In this document: positions 16,913 through 28,436 of the stretch, piece after piece
Position numbering within the stretch: the first letter of the stretch is position 1
Layout: every line of letters begins with the position of its first letter
Assembly (NCBI GenBank): GCA_963778655.1
Contig: CAVZVA010000003.1
Coordinates: forward strand, 576,001-640,000
DNA: 64,000 nucleotides
Source of the DNA: an uncultured delta proteobacterium
GTDB lineage: Bacteria > Myxococcota_A > Polyangia > Polyangiales > JAFGIB01
Reading direction: 5' to 3'
Translations under genes and position numbers: made by a program
Notes under the pieces: generated by a model
The model's database searches: none
What the model was told of the DNA's origin: nothing
The model's input: the letters and a program-made list of their open reading frames with translations, nothing else

Positions 16913-17920
16913 ATGCCGTCGCCCCGCCGCGCCGCCGCCTGCAAGCGCCCGTCCGGCAGCCCCGCAAAGCGCCGCGCGGCTCTGGCCGCTGCGACCGCGC
17001 TGCTCGCGCTGGCATCGCTCGCGCGCGGCTCGGCCTTGGCCCAGGCGCGCGGCGCGAACGATCCCTATCGCTACGACCTGCGCATTGGGCTCGCGCCGGT
17101 CGCGTTCCAGGGGGGCATCAGCCAGAGCCACTTCGGCTCGGCCGCGCGCGTCGAGATCGACCTCGCGCGTCACGTCGGGGTGGAGCTCGCGGGGCAGCTG
17201 CCGTGGGCGAACGTTGCCGGCGAGAGCGGACCACAGGCCTGGGCCGGGCGCGCCAGCGTGCTGTTGCACGTGATCGATCGCGAAGAGAGCACGCCGCTGT
17301 CGGGCACGGTGTACCCGCAAGACACGCCGGCGGTCGGCGGGCGTGGCCCGGGCACCGACACCGACCTCGATGTGCCGGTGCACAGCAAGCTCGGCGGCCC
17401 TCCCCTGCTGCCGCCGGACCGCGAGCGCGGCGCCGAAGCGCCGCTGCGCAAGCTGCACACCATCCGCGTGGGCTACGACTTCGAGCGCGCTGTCGAGCGC
17501 GGCCGGCCCGACGCCTACGACGGCAGCACGCGCCGCGTCCTCAACACCCTGCACGTGCTTCACCTCGGCTACGGCTGGAGCGCGCTGTGGAACCTGAGCC
17601 CGGCGCTGGCGGGCGGCAAGCGCGAGGTTGGCTGGCGCACCTTCTACGCCGATGCGCTGCTGACGCTGCCCGCGCTGGCGCACGGTGAGGCGCTCGGCGC
17701 GAGCGCGGGCGATCCGGTCAAGCTCTTTCCGCTCGGGCTGCGGATCGGGATGCAGGGCGCGATCGATGCGCTGCTGCACGCCGCTCCGGGGCTCGGCTTC
17801 GCCTACAGCCTCGAGCTCGGCGCGCTGCCCGGCCGCAGCGGGGTCGAGGGCTACGTGTTCGTTGGGCTGGGCCTCGCGCTCGACCTGCCGCTGCGCGGCC
17901 GCAGCCTGCGCCGGAGGTAG
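16913..17920 (+). CDS. Hypothetical exported protein, possibly an outer-membrane beta-barrel
   Basis: Signal peptide (...GSALA-Q); alternating amphipathic strands ending YVFVGLGLALDL. Confidence 0.55.
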   Translation: MPSPRRAAACKRPSGSPAKRRAALAAATALLALASLARGSALAQARGANDPYRYDLRIGLAPVAFQGGISQSHFGSAARVEIDLARHVGVELAGQLPWANVAGESGPQAWAGRASVLLHVIDREESTPLSGTVYPQDTPAVGGRGPGTDTDLDVPVHSKLGGPPLLPPDRERGAEAPLRKLHTIRVGYDFERAVERGRPDAYDGSTRRVLNTLHVLHLGYGWSALWNLSPALAGGKREVGWRTFYADALLTLPALAHGEALGASAGDPVKLFPLGLRIGMQGAIDALLHAAPGLGFAYSLELGALPGRSGVEGYVFVGLGLALDLPLRGRSLRRR

Positions 17921-18855
17921 CGCAGCACGCCGAGCGCCGCCGCGAGCCCCAGCCACAGCGCACGCCCGCCGCCCCCTGCAGGCGAGCGGCTGCCCGCTCG
18001 GGCGATGCTGCAGCCGGTACGCGTCCCGGTGCTCTCGGCGGGTAGACACGCGGCGGTGAACCCGTGATTGGGAACGAAATCGGCGTCCTGACAAGCGGGC
18101 GCGGCCTGGCTGCCGTAGACCGAGCAGATGCCTTGAATATCGTCCTCGGCCAGCACGCGCTTGCTGGTCTCACCGATGCTCGCGCGCGCCGACATGGTGG
18201 CGTTGAGCACGGCGCTGTGCCCGAGCCCGAGGAAGTGTCCGGCCTCGTGCGTCACCACGTTTTGCAGGTCGACGGCGTCGCTGCCCGGCCGGCAGGTCGC
18301 GCCGCAGATGGTAATCGTGCCGAGCCCTTCGTTGAGCTGCATGTCGGCGTCGTAGATCTCGCCGGTGTCGGGGTTGTGCCAGACCAGGGTCAGGCCGAAG
18401 GCGTCCTGCGGCAGCCCGCGCGCACTCCAGTCATCGACGAAGATGATGGTGTTGGCGTTCGGGCCGTGGAGGTTGTACTGCGGCTGCCCGCAGCTCGCGA
18501 GCTCCTCGGTCTGCGCCAGCTTGTAGCCGATCGGCGCTCCGCCGCAGGTGACCGCGTTCCAGGTGCCGAAGGAGCGATCGGCGACATCGCGAATGTCGTT
18601 GAGCGTCGGATTCGCTTCGCTCGGGGGATCGATCGAGAAGCTAATGCACTGCCTGCGCCAGGCCAGACCCTTGCCGCCCTGTGAGCAGTTGTTGCCCGGG
18701 TTCGGCATCTCGGTGGTGAGCCGGCAGTACCCGTGCGCGGTCGCGGGCTCGGCCAGCGAGAGCCCCGCGACCGCGATCCCGAGCGCGACCGCCGCGCACA
18801 ACCGGCTGCCGCGTTGCGGCAGCCCCGTCTTATGGGCGAAGGGGTGGGCGATCAC
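17851..18855 (-). CDS. Matrixin-family (M10) metalloprotease with MYXO-CTERM-like tail
   Basis: DLQNVVTHEAGHFLGLGHS with Met-turn ATM; C-terminal GCSIA...TM...RRR. Start GTG approximate. Confidence 0.85.
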   Translation of the reverse strand: MIAHPFAHKTGLPQRGSRLCAAVALGIAVAGLSLAEPATAHGYCRLTTEMPNPGNNCSQGGKGLAWRRQCISFSIDPPSEANPTLNDIRDVADRSFGTWNAVTCGGAPIGYKLAQTEELASCGQPQYNLHGPNANTIIFVDDWSARGLPQDAFGLTLVWHNPDTGEIYDADMQLNEGLGTITICGATCRPGSDAVDLQNVVTHEAGHFLGLGHSAVLNATMSARASIGETSKRVLAEDDIQGICSVYGSQAAPACQDADFVPNHGFTAACLPAESTGTRTGCSIARAGSRSPAGGGGRALWLGLAAALGVLRYLRRRLRPRSGRSSARPSPTNT

Positions 18856-18997
18856 GGCGGTGCCTGCGGGCCGATGCCCAGCATAGCGTATTCTCGGGCG
18901 CTGCGCGGCCACTGCCGCCAGCTGGCCGGATCGCTGCCCCGATTCTGCTAGGCTTTTGGCCCGGAGCCGCAGCGGCCAGCAGGCCGGGCCGGCTCGC

Positions 18998-19669
18998 ATG
19001 GAGGGCGCAATACCACCCGCCTCCCACGTCCAGCAGCCGCTCCCGCTCGAGCAGCCCCAGCGGCTCGAGCTGGGCGAAGGCTGCGTGCTGCAGTGGCACC
19101 CCGGGCTGTTCGCCAACGAGCACGAGCAGCTGATCCAAGCGCTGCGCGCCGAGCTGCCGTGGAGCCAGGAGCTGTACCGGCGCGGGGACCACTGGGTGCC
19201 CGCGCCGCGGCTGACCAGCTTCCACGGCGACCCCGACTGTAGCTACAGCTACTCCGGCATCGCCTACACACCTGCGCCCTTCGGCGAGACCTTGCTCCGG
19301 CTGCGAGGGCTGCTGCGGGCCGCGCTCGGGCAGGACTTCAACAGCGTGCTGGCGAACCTGTATCGCGACGGTCGCGACTCGCTCGGCTTCCACGCCGACG
19401 ACGAGCCCGAGCTCGGGCCGCACCCCCACGACGTGGTGATCGCCTCGCTCAGCCTGGGCGCCGCGCGGCGCTTCGTGCTCAAGCACCGCCGGCAGCCGCG
19501 CAAGCTGTGCTACGAGCTGGGCGGCGGTAGCCTGCTGGTGATGCGCGGTCGCACGCAGCAGCACTGGGTCCACGCCCTGCCGAAGACCCGGCGCCCCAGC
19601 GGCCCGCGCCTCAATCTCACCTTCCGCGTGATTGTGGCGCCGCGTGCGGGCGCCGGCGTGCCGGGTTGA
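18998..19669 (+). CDS. AlkB-family 2-oxoglutarate/Fe(II) dioxygenase (ALKBH2/3-like)
   Basis: YSYSG, NLYRDGRDSLGFHADDE, HALPK and RLNLTFR motifs. Confidence 0.92.
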   Translation: MEGAIPPASHVQQPLPLEQPQRLELGEGCVLQWHPGLFANEHEQLIQALRAELPWSQELYRRGDHWVPAPRLTSFHGDPDCSYSYSGIAYTPAPFGETLLRLRGLLRAALGQDFNSVLANLYRDGRDSLGFHADDEPELGPHPHDVVIASLSLGAARRFVLKHRRQPRKLCYELGGGSLLVMRGRTQQHWVHALPKTRRPSGPRLNLTFRVIVAPRAGAGVPG

Positions 19670-19734
19670 ACACAATTCAATTCGGGCTCCGCGGCGCGCT
19701 TGCGCGCGCGGGCCGCCGCGCTACCTTGGGCGCC

Positions 19735-20577
19735 ATGCCGGAAGCCAGCTCGGAGGCCCAGGAAGCCAAGGTGGTCGCTGCGCTGCTCAAGCGCCTGGAC
19801 GTGGTGCCGGACGGCGCCGATCGGTTCAAAGGCCTCGCCGCGCAGGGCGGCGGCCCGCGCCTGTTCGGCGGGCTGGTGGCGGGTCAGGCGGTGGTTGCGG
19901 CCGCGCGCACAGTCGAAGGCCTGCAGATCCACTCGCTGCACGCGTATTTCCTGCAGCCGGGCGATCCGTCGCTCGACCTCTGCTTCCAGATCGAGCGCCT
20001 GAAGGAAGGCAAGAACTTCCACGTGCGGCAGGTGACGGGCCGGCAGGGCGAACGCATCGTCTTCAGCATGCAGGCGAGCTTCGCGCGCGCCGAAGCCGGC
20101 TTCGCGCACCAGGACCCGATGCCATCCGCGCCGGCACCCGAAACGCTGGGCGAGCGCGGCTTCGGGTTCTGGGGCGCGGGCTCACCGGTGCGCATGCGCG
20201 ATTGCGACGCGGGCAGCTTCGAGCAGGCCGCCCGCAACGGTATCCGGCGGGTGTGGATGCGCCCCGCAGCCGCCTTGCCCGAGGATCCGGTGCTGCACCT
20301 CGGCATGCTGGTGTTCGCAAGCGACATGACGCTGGTCATGACCGGCCTGCTGCCGCACCCCGAGCTGCGCGCGCGGCCGCGCGGCGGAGCCAGCCTCGAC
20401 CACGCGGTTTGGTTTCACCGCTTGCTGCCGTTCGACGACTGGATGCTCTACACCATGCAGACGCCCGCGGCGCACGCTGGCCGCCCGTGGATGACGGGCG
20501 CGATGTACCGGCGCGACGGCACGCGGGTGGTTTCGGTCGCCCAAGAAGGCCTGATCCGGATGCGCGCCGCGCGCTGA
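19735..20577 (+). CDS. tesB: Acyl-CoA thioesterase II
   Basis: LFGGLVAGQA, HSLHAYFL, ASLDHAVWFHR and SVAQEGL motifs. Confidence 0.88.
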   Translation: MPEASSEAQEAKVVAALLKRLDVVPDGADRFKGLAAQGGGPRLFGGLVAGQAVVAAARTVEGLQIHSLHAYFLQPGDPSLDLCFQIERLKEGKNFHVRQVTGRQGERIVFSMQASFARAEAGFAHQDPMPSAPAPETLGERGFGFWGAGSPVRMRDCDAGSFEQAARNGIRRVWMRPAAALPEDPVLHLGMLVFASDMTLVMTGLLPHPELRARPRGGASLDHAVWFHRLLPFDDWMLYTMQTPAAHAGRPWMTGAMYRRDGTRVVSVAQEGLIRMRAAR

Positions 20578-20584
20578 GGATTAT

Positions 20585-20600
20585 CTGAACATTTGGTCAG
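20585..20600. promoter_or_regulatory. Imperfect palindrome upstream of the acyl-CoA dehydrogenase pair (possible operator)
   Basis: CTGAAC-ATTT-GGTCAG in a locally AT-rich patch. Confidence 0.35.
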
Positions 20601-20720
20601 GTCATATCGGGAGGGCAGCCGCGCGGCGCGCCGAAGGGCACAAGACGCCGTGATCTGCCGGCCGGGAATCTGTTAGATCGCACCAACTACCTGCCCGGGC
20701 GCAGGAGCAGAGAGGCAGCC

Positions 20721-21905
20721 ATGGAGCTTTCGTTCACCGCCGAGCAAGAGGCCTTCCGGCGCGAGGTACGCGCGTGGATCGCGCAGGCGCTGCCGCCCAA
20801 CCTCGCCGCCAAGGCCAAGCAACTCGCGCACTTCGAGCCACAGGAGCAGCGCGAGTGGCACCGCATCCTGTACGAAAAGGGCTGGGCCGCGCCCAACTGG
20901 CCAAAGGAGCAAGGCGGCGCCGGCCTCGACCCGACGCGCCGCTTCATTCTGCGCGAGGAGCTCGCGCTGGCCGGCACGCCCGACCTGAGCCCCTTCGGCC
21001 TGGGCATGGTGGGGCCGCTGATCGTGCAGTACGGCAGCGACTGGCAGAAGCAGCGCTTCCTGCCGAAGATCCTGAGCGGCGACGAGATCTGGTGCCAGGG
21101 CTACTCCGAGCCGGGCTCGGGCAGCGATCTGGCCTCGCTGCAACTCAAGGCCGAGGACGACGGCGAGGGCCACTTCATCCTCAACGGCCAGAAGACCTGG
21201 ACCACGTACGCGCAGCACGCGGATTTCATCTTCGTGCTCGCACGCACCGACAAGAGCGCGCAGAAGCGCCAGATGGGCATCAGCTTCCTGCTCTGCGACA
21301 TGAAGAGCCCGGGCCTGCGGGTGGAGCCCTTCCTCACGCTCGGCGGCACCCCGGCGTTCTGCGACACCTACTTCGACAACGTCAAAGTCCCCAAGCAGAA
21401 CCTGGTCGGACCGCTCAACCAGGGCTGGGCGATCGCCAAGGCGCTGCTCGGACACGAGCGCGTCGGCATCGGCGACGTGGGCGGCGCCACGCGCGCGCTG
21501 CGCAACCTCAAGCGAATCGCGAAGCACACTCAGCTCGGAGGCAAGCCCCTGCTCGAGGACCCGGTGTTCCGCGCCAAGATCGCGCGGCTCGAGATCCGCA
21601 TCGAAAGCCTGCGCATGGTGATCTACAAGACGCTTGCCGGCAGCGAGCTCGGGCGGGCCCCCGGACCCGAATCGTCGATCCTCAAGATCCGCAGCTCCGA
21701 GCTGCAGCAGGAAGTGGGCGAGCTGAGCATGGAAGTGATGGGCCACAACGCGCTGAGCTGGTTCAACGAGGGCGCGGTCCCGCCCTACGAGCAGTGGGTC
21801 GCCAGCAACTTCAACTACCAGCGGGCGACCACCATTTACGGCGGCACCAACGAGATTCAGCGCAACGTGATCGCCAAGAGCATCCTGCGTCTGCCGGGAG
21901 CCTGA
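20721..21905 (+). CDS. Acyl-CoA dehydrogenase (large subunit of a PimC/PimD- or FadE-type pair)
   Basis: WCQGYSEPGSGSDLASL, NGQKTWT, LLGHER and TTIYGGTNEIQR motifs. Confidence 0.93.
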   Translation: MELSFTAEQEAFRREVRAWIAQALPPNLAAKAKQLAHFEPQEQREWHRILYEKGWAAPNWPKEQGGAGLDPTRRFILREELALAGTPDLSPFGLGMVGPLIVQYGSDWQKQRFLPKILSGDEIWCQGYSEPGSGSDLASLQLKAEDDGEGHFILNGQKTWTTYAQHADFIFVLARTDKSAQKRQMGISFLLCDMKSPGLRVEPFLTLGGTPAFCDTYFDNVKVPKQNLVGPLNQGWAIAKALLGHERVGIGDVGGATRALRNLKRIAKHTQLGGKPLLEDPVFRAKIARLEIRIESLRMVIYKTLAGSELGRAPGPESSILKIRSSELQQEVGELSMEVMGHNALSWFNEGAVPPYEQWVASNFNYQRATTIYGGTNEIQRNVIAKSILRLPGA

Positions 21906-21955
21906 TGGCGCAGGGCGCTCGCCTCGCCACGGCGTACGCGCGGTAAAGGAGCAGC

Positions 21956-23104
21956 ATGGACTTCGAGCTTTCGGATGAACAGCGACTTCTGGTCGACAGC
22001 GTGGCCAGCTTCGTGAAGAAGGACTCGCCGATCGAGCGCTTCCGCAAACAGCGCGACGTCGACCCGGGCTGGTCCGGCAAGGTCTGGGCGCAGATGGGCG
22101 AGCTCGGCTGGCTGGGGCTGCCGTTTCCGGAGTCGATGGGCGGGCTGGGGAGCGGCTTCATCGATGCGGCGCTGCTGCTCGAGCGTCTGGCCACCACGCT
22201 GGTCCCCGAGCCGTACATCCCCTCGGTCCTGCTCGGCGGCATGGCGCTGTGCAAAGCCGGCAGCAAGGCGCAGCAGCAGCGCTACCTCGAGCCGATGATG
22301 GAAGGCAAGAGCACGCTGGCGCTGGCGTACGCCGAGCGCGACAGCCGCCACGACGTGGCGCGCGTGCAGACGCGGGCGGAGAAGAAGGCCGGCGGCTACG
22401 TGTTGCGCGGACAGAAGGTGTGGGTGCTCAACGGCGACAGCGCAGACCAGCTGGTGGTCTCGGCGCGCACCGCGGGCGAGAGCGCCGACTCGCGCGGCGT
22501 CTCGTTGTTCGTGGTGCCGGGCGACGCCGTGAATCTGCGCCGCACGGCGCTGCGCACCATGGACGGGCGGCGCGCGGCGAGCTGCGACTTCGATGGCGTG
22601 CAGCTGCCCGCGGACGCGCTGCTGGGTGAGCAGGACGCAGCGGTGCCGCTGCTCGAGGAGTTGATGGACATCGGCGCGGCGGCGGCCTGCGCCGAGGGCG
22701 CGGGCCTGCTCGAGACCGTCGCCGGCATGACGCGCGACTACCTGTGCGATCGCGTGCAGTTCGGCGTCGCGATCGGCAGCTTTCAGGCGCTGCAGCACCG
22801 GGCGGTCGACATGTTCATCGAGGTGCAGCTGGCCAAGGCCACCATGCTGCTGGCAGCGCTCAAGCTCGACGCGCCCGAGCCGGAGCGCAAGCGCGCAATT
22901 TCCATCGCCAAGGCGCAGCTCGCACAGAGCGGCAACTTCGTCGGTCGCCAGGGAATTCAGCTCCACGGCGGCATCGGGGTGACCGACGAGCACAACGTGG
23001 GTCTGTTCTTCAAGCGCATCAATGTGCTCAACGCGCTGTTCGGCGACGAGCAGCACCACGTGGCGCGGTTCGGCCAACTTCCGAGCTTCGAACCTCCGGC
23101 ATGA
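21956..23104 (+). CDS. Acyl-CoA dehydrogenase (second/small subunit)
   Basis: RVQFGVAIGSFQALQHR and IQLHGGIGVTDE motifs. Confidence 0.92.
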   Translation: MDFELSDEQRLLVDSVASFVKKDSPIERFRKQRDVDPGWSGKVWAQMGELGWLGLPFPESMGGLGSGFIDAALLLERLATTLVPEPYIPSVLLGGMALCKAGSKAQQQRYLEPMMEGKSTLALAYAERDSRHDVARVQTRAEKKAGGYVLRGQKVWVLNGDSADQLVVSARTAGESADSRGVSLFVVPGDAVNLRRTALRTMDGRRAASCDFDGVQLPADALLGEQDAAVPLLEELMDIGAAAACAEGAGLLETVAGMTRDYLCDRVQFGVAIGSFQALQHRAVDMFIEVQLAKATMLLAALKLDAPEPERKRAISIAKAQLAQSGNFVGRQGIQLHGGIGVTDEHNVGLFFKRINVLNALFGDEQHHVARFGQLPSFEPPA

Positions 23105-24042
23105 CGCTTTCGAGCACGCTCGCGATTATCCTCAATCCCCAGGCCGGCGGCGGCGATCGCTACGACGAACGACGTATCAAGGGCTTGCGCGCGATCGCGA
23201 GCTCACGCGCAGTGGTCTTCTCCACGGCGCGTCACGACCTGGTCGATGCAGTGGCCGAGGGGGTGCGCGAGCGCGGCGTGCAGACGGTGGCCATCATCGG
23301 CGGCGACGGCACGGTGTCGAGCGCGCTTTCGGCTCTGCACCGCGCGTATCGCGACGCGCCACTGCCGACCATCGCGCTGCTGCGCGGCGGCACCATGAAC
23401 ACGATTGCCAATGCGCTGGGCATCCCGCGCAAGCAGCCCGAGGAGCTGCTGCGCCGGATGCTGGCCTCGCCCCCGGGCGCGACGGTACGGCGCGCGACGA
23501 TCGAGGTCGAGGGCCGGCTCGGTTTCCTGTTCAGCGCCGGCGTGATGGTGGGCTTCCTGCACATGCTGTACGGCACCCGCGAGCGCGGGCAGGGCTCGCT
23601 GCGCGCGCTCAGCCTGCTGGCCAAGGGCAGCTGGCAAGCACTTACCGGAGGCGAGCTGATCGAGCAGATCGAAACGCCGCTGCTGGCGTCGCTCCGCATC
23701 GACGGTGAGGAGCACCCGCAGCGCAGATACACCGTACTGGCCGCGGGCACGGTGGAGCAGATCGGCCTCGGCTTCCGTCCGTTTCCGCGCGCGGCCGAGT
23801 GCCAGGACTGTTTCCAGATGTTCGCGTTCAACGGCTCGCTGCAATCGCTGGCCCGCCAGCTGCCGCGGATCCGGCGCGGTTTGCCCATGAGCAAGGGCCT
23901 CGGCTTCGACCCGCTCGCACGACGGCTGGAGATCGAGGGCGCAGGCACGCCGTTCGAATACGCGCTCGACGGCGACATCCACACCGCGGCGCGAAGGCTG
24001 CTGGTGCAGGCGGGGCCGGCGGTGGAGATCAAGATCCCTTGA
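23101..24042 (+). CDS. Diacylglycerol/lipid kinase family protein
   Basis: ILNPQAG, GGDGT, GGTMNTIA and ALDGD motifs; ATGA overlap with the upstream stop. Confidence 0.87.
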   Translation: MTLSSTLAIILNPQAGGGDRYDERRIKGLRAIASSRAVVFSTARHDLVDAVAEGVRERGVQTVAIIGGDGTVSSALSALHRAYRDAPLPTIALLRGGTMNTIANALGIPRKQPEELLRRMLASPPGATVRRATIEVEGRLGFLFSAGVMVGFLHMLYGTRERGQGSLRALSLLAKGSWQALTGGELIEQIETPLLASLRIDGEEHPQRRYTVLAAGTVEQIGLGFRPFPRAAECQDCFQMFAFNGSLQSLARQLPRIRRGLPMSKGLGFDPLARRLEIEGAGTPFEYALDGDIHTAARRLLVQAGPAVEIKIP

Positions 24043-24116
24043 GGACCTGAGCACGCCATTCGCGCTCGCGCGGCCGGGCGCCAGGTGATAGAGGTAGCCG
24101 CGTTACGGAGACGCTC

Positions 24117-25802
<1,686 letters not shown>

Positions 25803-25901
25803 CGCGCACGGGGCCGCCTGCCCGCCCGTAGTCGCCCCGGCGCTCACCGCCTCCCACACCGGCGCTTTCTCCACGGAGCCGAGGTCCGTTATCATGATCG
25901 C

Positions 25902-26414
25902 GTGCTAGGGGTGCGCGACATCGGGTGGGCGCTGTTCTTGTGCCTGGTGCTGACCCTATTGCTGCAGTGCCGGCCCACCTGGGAGGCCCGCAGGTTCCTC
26001 GAGCGCGAAAGCCGCGCCGGGTTCCTCGAAGCTTACGCCGGGCATCGCTACCTCAGCGGGGAGGCGATCGGCCCCGACAGCAGCTTCGGCCTGCGCGTCG
26101 ATCCGATGGCGACGGCGGTGATGACGCGCCGCTTCGAGATCACCGCCGAAAAGATCTCGCTCACCGGCAACGGCGCGGAGTTCGTAGCACGCCAGTTGAT
26201 CCAGCTCGCCGACGGCAGCCCGGGCGGCGCCGACGCCTCGCAGGAGGTGCACGTGCGCATCGCCAAACAGGACGGACACTTCGTCTACACCCGGTTCGAG
26301 GTGCGCGGCCAGGGCGAGATCGACGAGCCCAATGCGGCCAACCCCTGGGCGCGCGCAATCCGCAACGGCAGGGCCGAGCAGGAGCACGCGAGCGAGCGGC
26401 GTCCGCCGCGCTGA
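25902..26414 (+). CDS. Hypothetical membrane-anchored/exported protein
   Basis: N-terminal hydrophobic segment, plausible coding frame. Confidence 0.5.
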   Translation: MLGVRDIGWALFLCLVLTLLLQCRPTWEARRFLERESRAGFLEAYAGHRYLSGEAIGPDSSFGLRVDPMATAVMTRRFEITAEKISLTGNGAEFVARQLIQLADGSPGGADASQEVHVRIAKQDGHFVYTRFEVRGQGEIDEPNAANPWARAIRNGRAEQEHASERRPPR

Positions 26415-26451
26415 CCACGCACCGACGCGGCCAGCGCCTTGGCCCAACGAG

Positions 26452-26475
26452 CGGGAGGGTCGCGCGACCCTCCCG
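26452..26475. repeat. Perfect 24-bp palindrome, REP-like family 2
   Basis: CGGGAGGGTCGCGCGACCCTCCCG, between convergent genes. Confidence 0.6.
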
Positions 26476-26488
26476 GTAGCGAGCACCC

Positions 26489-27307
26489 TCAGCCGGCGGC
26501 CGCGAACGCCACCACGGCCTGCGGCTCGAGCACGCGAAAGGTGAACGACTCGGTCAGGAACAGGCGCACGTGTTGCCCCTCCTGCTGCTCGAAGCCGACC
26601 GAGACGTCCTGTCCCACGGTCAACTCGAAGTCGCCCTCCGCGTCCGCGGGCAGCAGGTATGCTCCTTCGATCGCGGGCGCGAGCACGATCGGCCCGTCGA
26701 TCAGCTGCTCGATCTGCCTGCGCAGCGGGTACTGGCCCGCGTCGCGCTCCAGCCGCTGGAACACGGTGCGCCCGGCGACGAAGCTATAGGGACCGGCTTC
26801 GCCCGCCGACTTGAGCGCGACGATCGCGTGGGCGATCGAATTCGGCCAGCCCGCGGCGTCCGCTCGCAGCGGGACGTGCTCGTGCTGCGAGGCCATCGCC
26901 ATGCCGACGATGCCGGCCGGCTCGAAGCCCTGGTAGATCGCCCGCTCCTCGAACGCGGCGAGCTTGCCGGCGGCCTCGATCAGCGGGTCCAGGTCGGGGT
27001 CGCGCGCGCCGCGCACCACGTTGTCGAGCTCCCACAGGTCGAGCAGGAACGGCACGCGCACCTCGACCAGCGGAAGCAGCTTGCGAATGCCGTAGGCGAC
27101 GCCGCTGCCGGCGTCCACCCGGTCGGATTCCAGCCGTTCCAGCCGCCCCAGGTTGACGGCGGCGTGCTGCCAGCCGTGCGGCCCGGACACGTCGACGATC
27201 TTGCGGCCCGAAAGGTTGCCGACCAGCACTTCTCGCGCCTGCTCGTCGATCAGCGCCCAGGACTCGGGCGCGATCGGCGCATGATGGCGGCGCAGCAAGT
27301 CGCTCAT
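26489..27307 (-). CDS. Family 1 encapsulin shell protein (linocin M18-like)
   Basis: MSDLLRRHHAPI, GRKIVDVSGPHG, LVEVRVPF, GDFELTVGQDVSVG and LFLTESFTFRV motifs. Confidence 0.95.
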   Translation of the reverse strand: MSDLLRRHHAPIAPESWALIDEQAREVLVGNLSGRKIVDVSGPHGWQHAAVNLGRLERLESDRVDAGSGVAYGIRKLLPLVEVRVPFLLDLWELDNVVRGARDPDLDPLIEAAGKLAAFEERAIYQGFEPAGIVGMAMASQHEHVPLRADAAGWPNSIAHAIVALKSAGEAGPYSFVAGRTVFQRLERDAGQYPLRRQIEQLIDGPIVLAPAIEGAYLLPADAEGDFELTVGQDVSVGFEQQEGQHVRLFLTESFTFRVLEPQAVVAFAAAG

Positions 27308-27687
27308 GCTTTCCTCCGCAGGGTGCCAATGCCGAGATCGCCGGCGCCGCCGCTGGCGGCGGGCGCCGGGTCCGCATCGCCCGGCGCGCGCGCCATCTGC
27401 AGCTGCTCGATCTGAGTAATCGGCGCGTCCGTGAACAGGTAACTGCGCAGCGTCGCGTCCCAGGCGGGCACGTTGCGACGCAGCCATTCGAGCACCATGC
27501 AGGCGTGCTCGATCTCCTCGTCGCGGTTGTGCGCGAGCACGGCGCGCAGCGTCTCGTCGCGCGAAGCGGCCCAGCGCTGGTTGTACCAATCGATGGCCTC
27601 GAGCTCCTCCTTGAGACTGGTCAGGGCGCGGTGCTGGTCGCGCACTTCGCTGCTGAGCTCGGCGTCAGGCTCGTGATATTCGCTCAT
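27304..27687 (-). CDS. Encapsulated ferritin-like cargo protein (EncFtn) with C-terminal targeting peptide
   Basis: HRALTSLKEELEAIDWYNQR and HNRDEEIEHACMVLEWLRR; C-terminus DLGIGTLRRKA. Confidence 0.95.
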   Translation of the reverse strand: MSEYHEPDAELSSEVRDQHRALTSLKEELEAIDWYNQRWAASRDETLRAVLAHNRDEEIEHACMVLEWLRRNVPAWDATLRSYLFTDAPITQIEQLQMARAPGDADPAPAASGGAGDLGIGTLRRKA

Positions 27688-27833
27688 CGCAGTGGCAACT
27701 GTAGGCCCGAAGCCCAGCGTGGCAAGGCGCAGCGCGCACGCAAAGCACGCGACCAAGGTCGCGCAGGCTCGCTGCGAGGTGCACACCCGTGCAGGCAACC
27801 CGCACGCCGGAACGAGCTCCCCGGCCCGTGGTG

Positions 27834-28397
27834 CTACGGTGCGGCGTCAGATGCGCCACCGCCCTTGAGCCGCAACACGTGCTCGCGGATGTCCTTGGGC
27901 CAGCGCCGGATCAGGCTGCGCAGGCGCGCGTCGTCGCCCGCGAACAGCGCGCGCGAAGCCTCCTCGAAACCGGGCAGGTTACCCGCCATCGCCCACATGA
28001 ACTTGGCGGCGGCGTCGCGCGCCAGCCGGGCGCGTTCCTTGTCGGGCTCGCGCTTGCGCGCCTCCTCGACCAGCCTGCGCAAGGCCGCGGAGATGCCGTT
28101 GGGCTGCTGCTCGAGCCACTGCCAGTGGCGCGGCAACAGCGATACCTCGCGGCTGATCACGCCGAGCCGCGGACGGCCCGGGCCGGCCTTGGGCTCGCTC
28201 GCCTCGCGCGCGAGCACCTGCTCGAGAGTGCCGCTGAAGTCGAGCTCGACTTGGTGGCCGTCGCGATCGTCGAAGACCAACAACGGCGCGCCTCCGCGCT
28301 CGAGATGGCGCTTGGCGCGGGTGATCAGCATCCGCCGATCGCCGCTGACGAGTCGGCGCGGGCCGACAAACGCGGTGTAGCTCTCCGGGCGCTCCAT
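27834..28397 (-). CDS. DUF2239 family protein
   Basis: YTAFVG, LVFDDRDG, GRPRLGVISREVSLLPRHWQWL and MAGNLPGFEEASRALFA motifs. Confidence 0.85.
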   Translation of the reverse strand: MERPESYTAFVGPRRLVSGDRRMLITRAKRHLERGGAPLLVFDDRDGHQVELDFSGTLEQVLAREASEPKAGPGRPRLGVISREVSLLPRHWQWLEQQPNGISAALRRLVEEARKREPDKERARLARDAAAKFMWAMAGNLPGFEEASRALFAGDDARLRSLIRRWPKDIREHVLRLKGGGASDAAP

Positions 28398-28436
28398 GCT
28401 GTGCTCCGCGACTGCCGCCGCGGTCTCCTGCGACCA

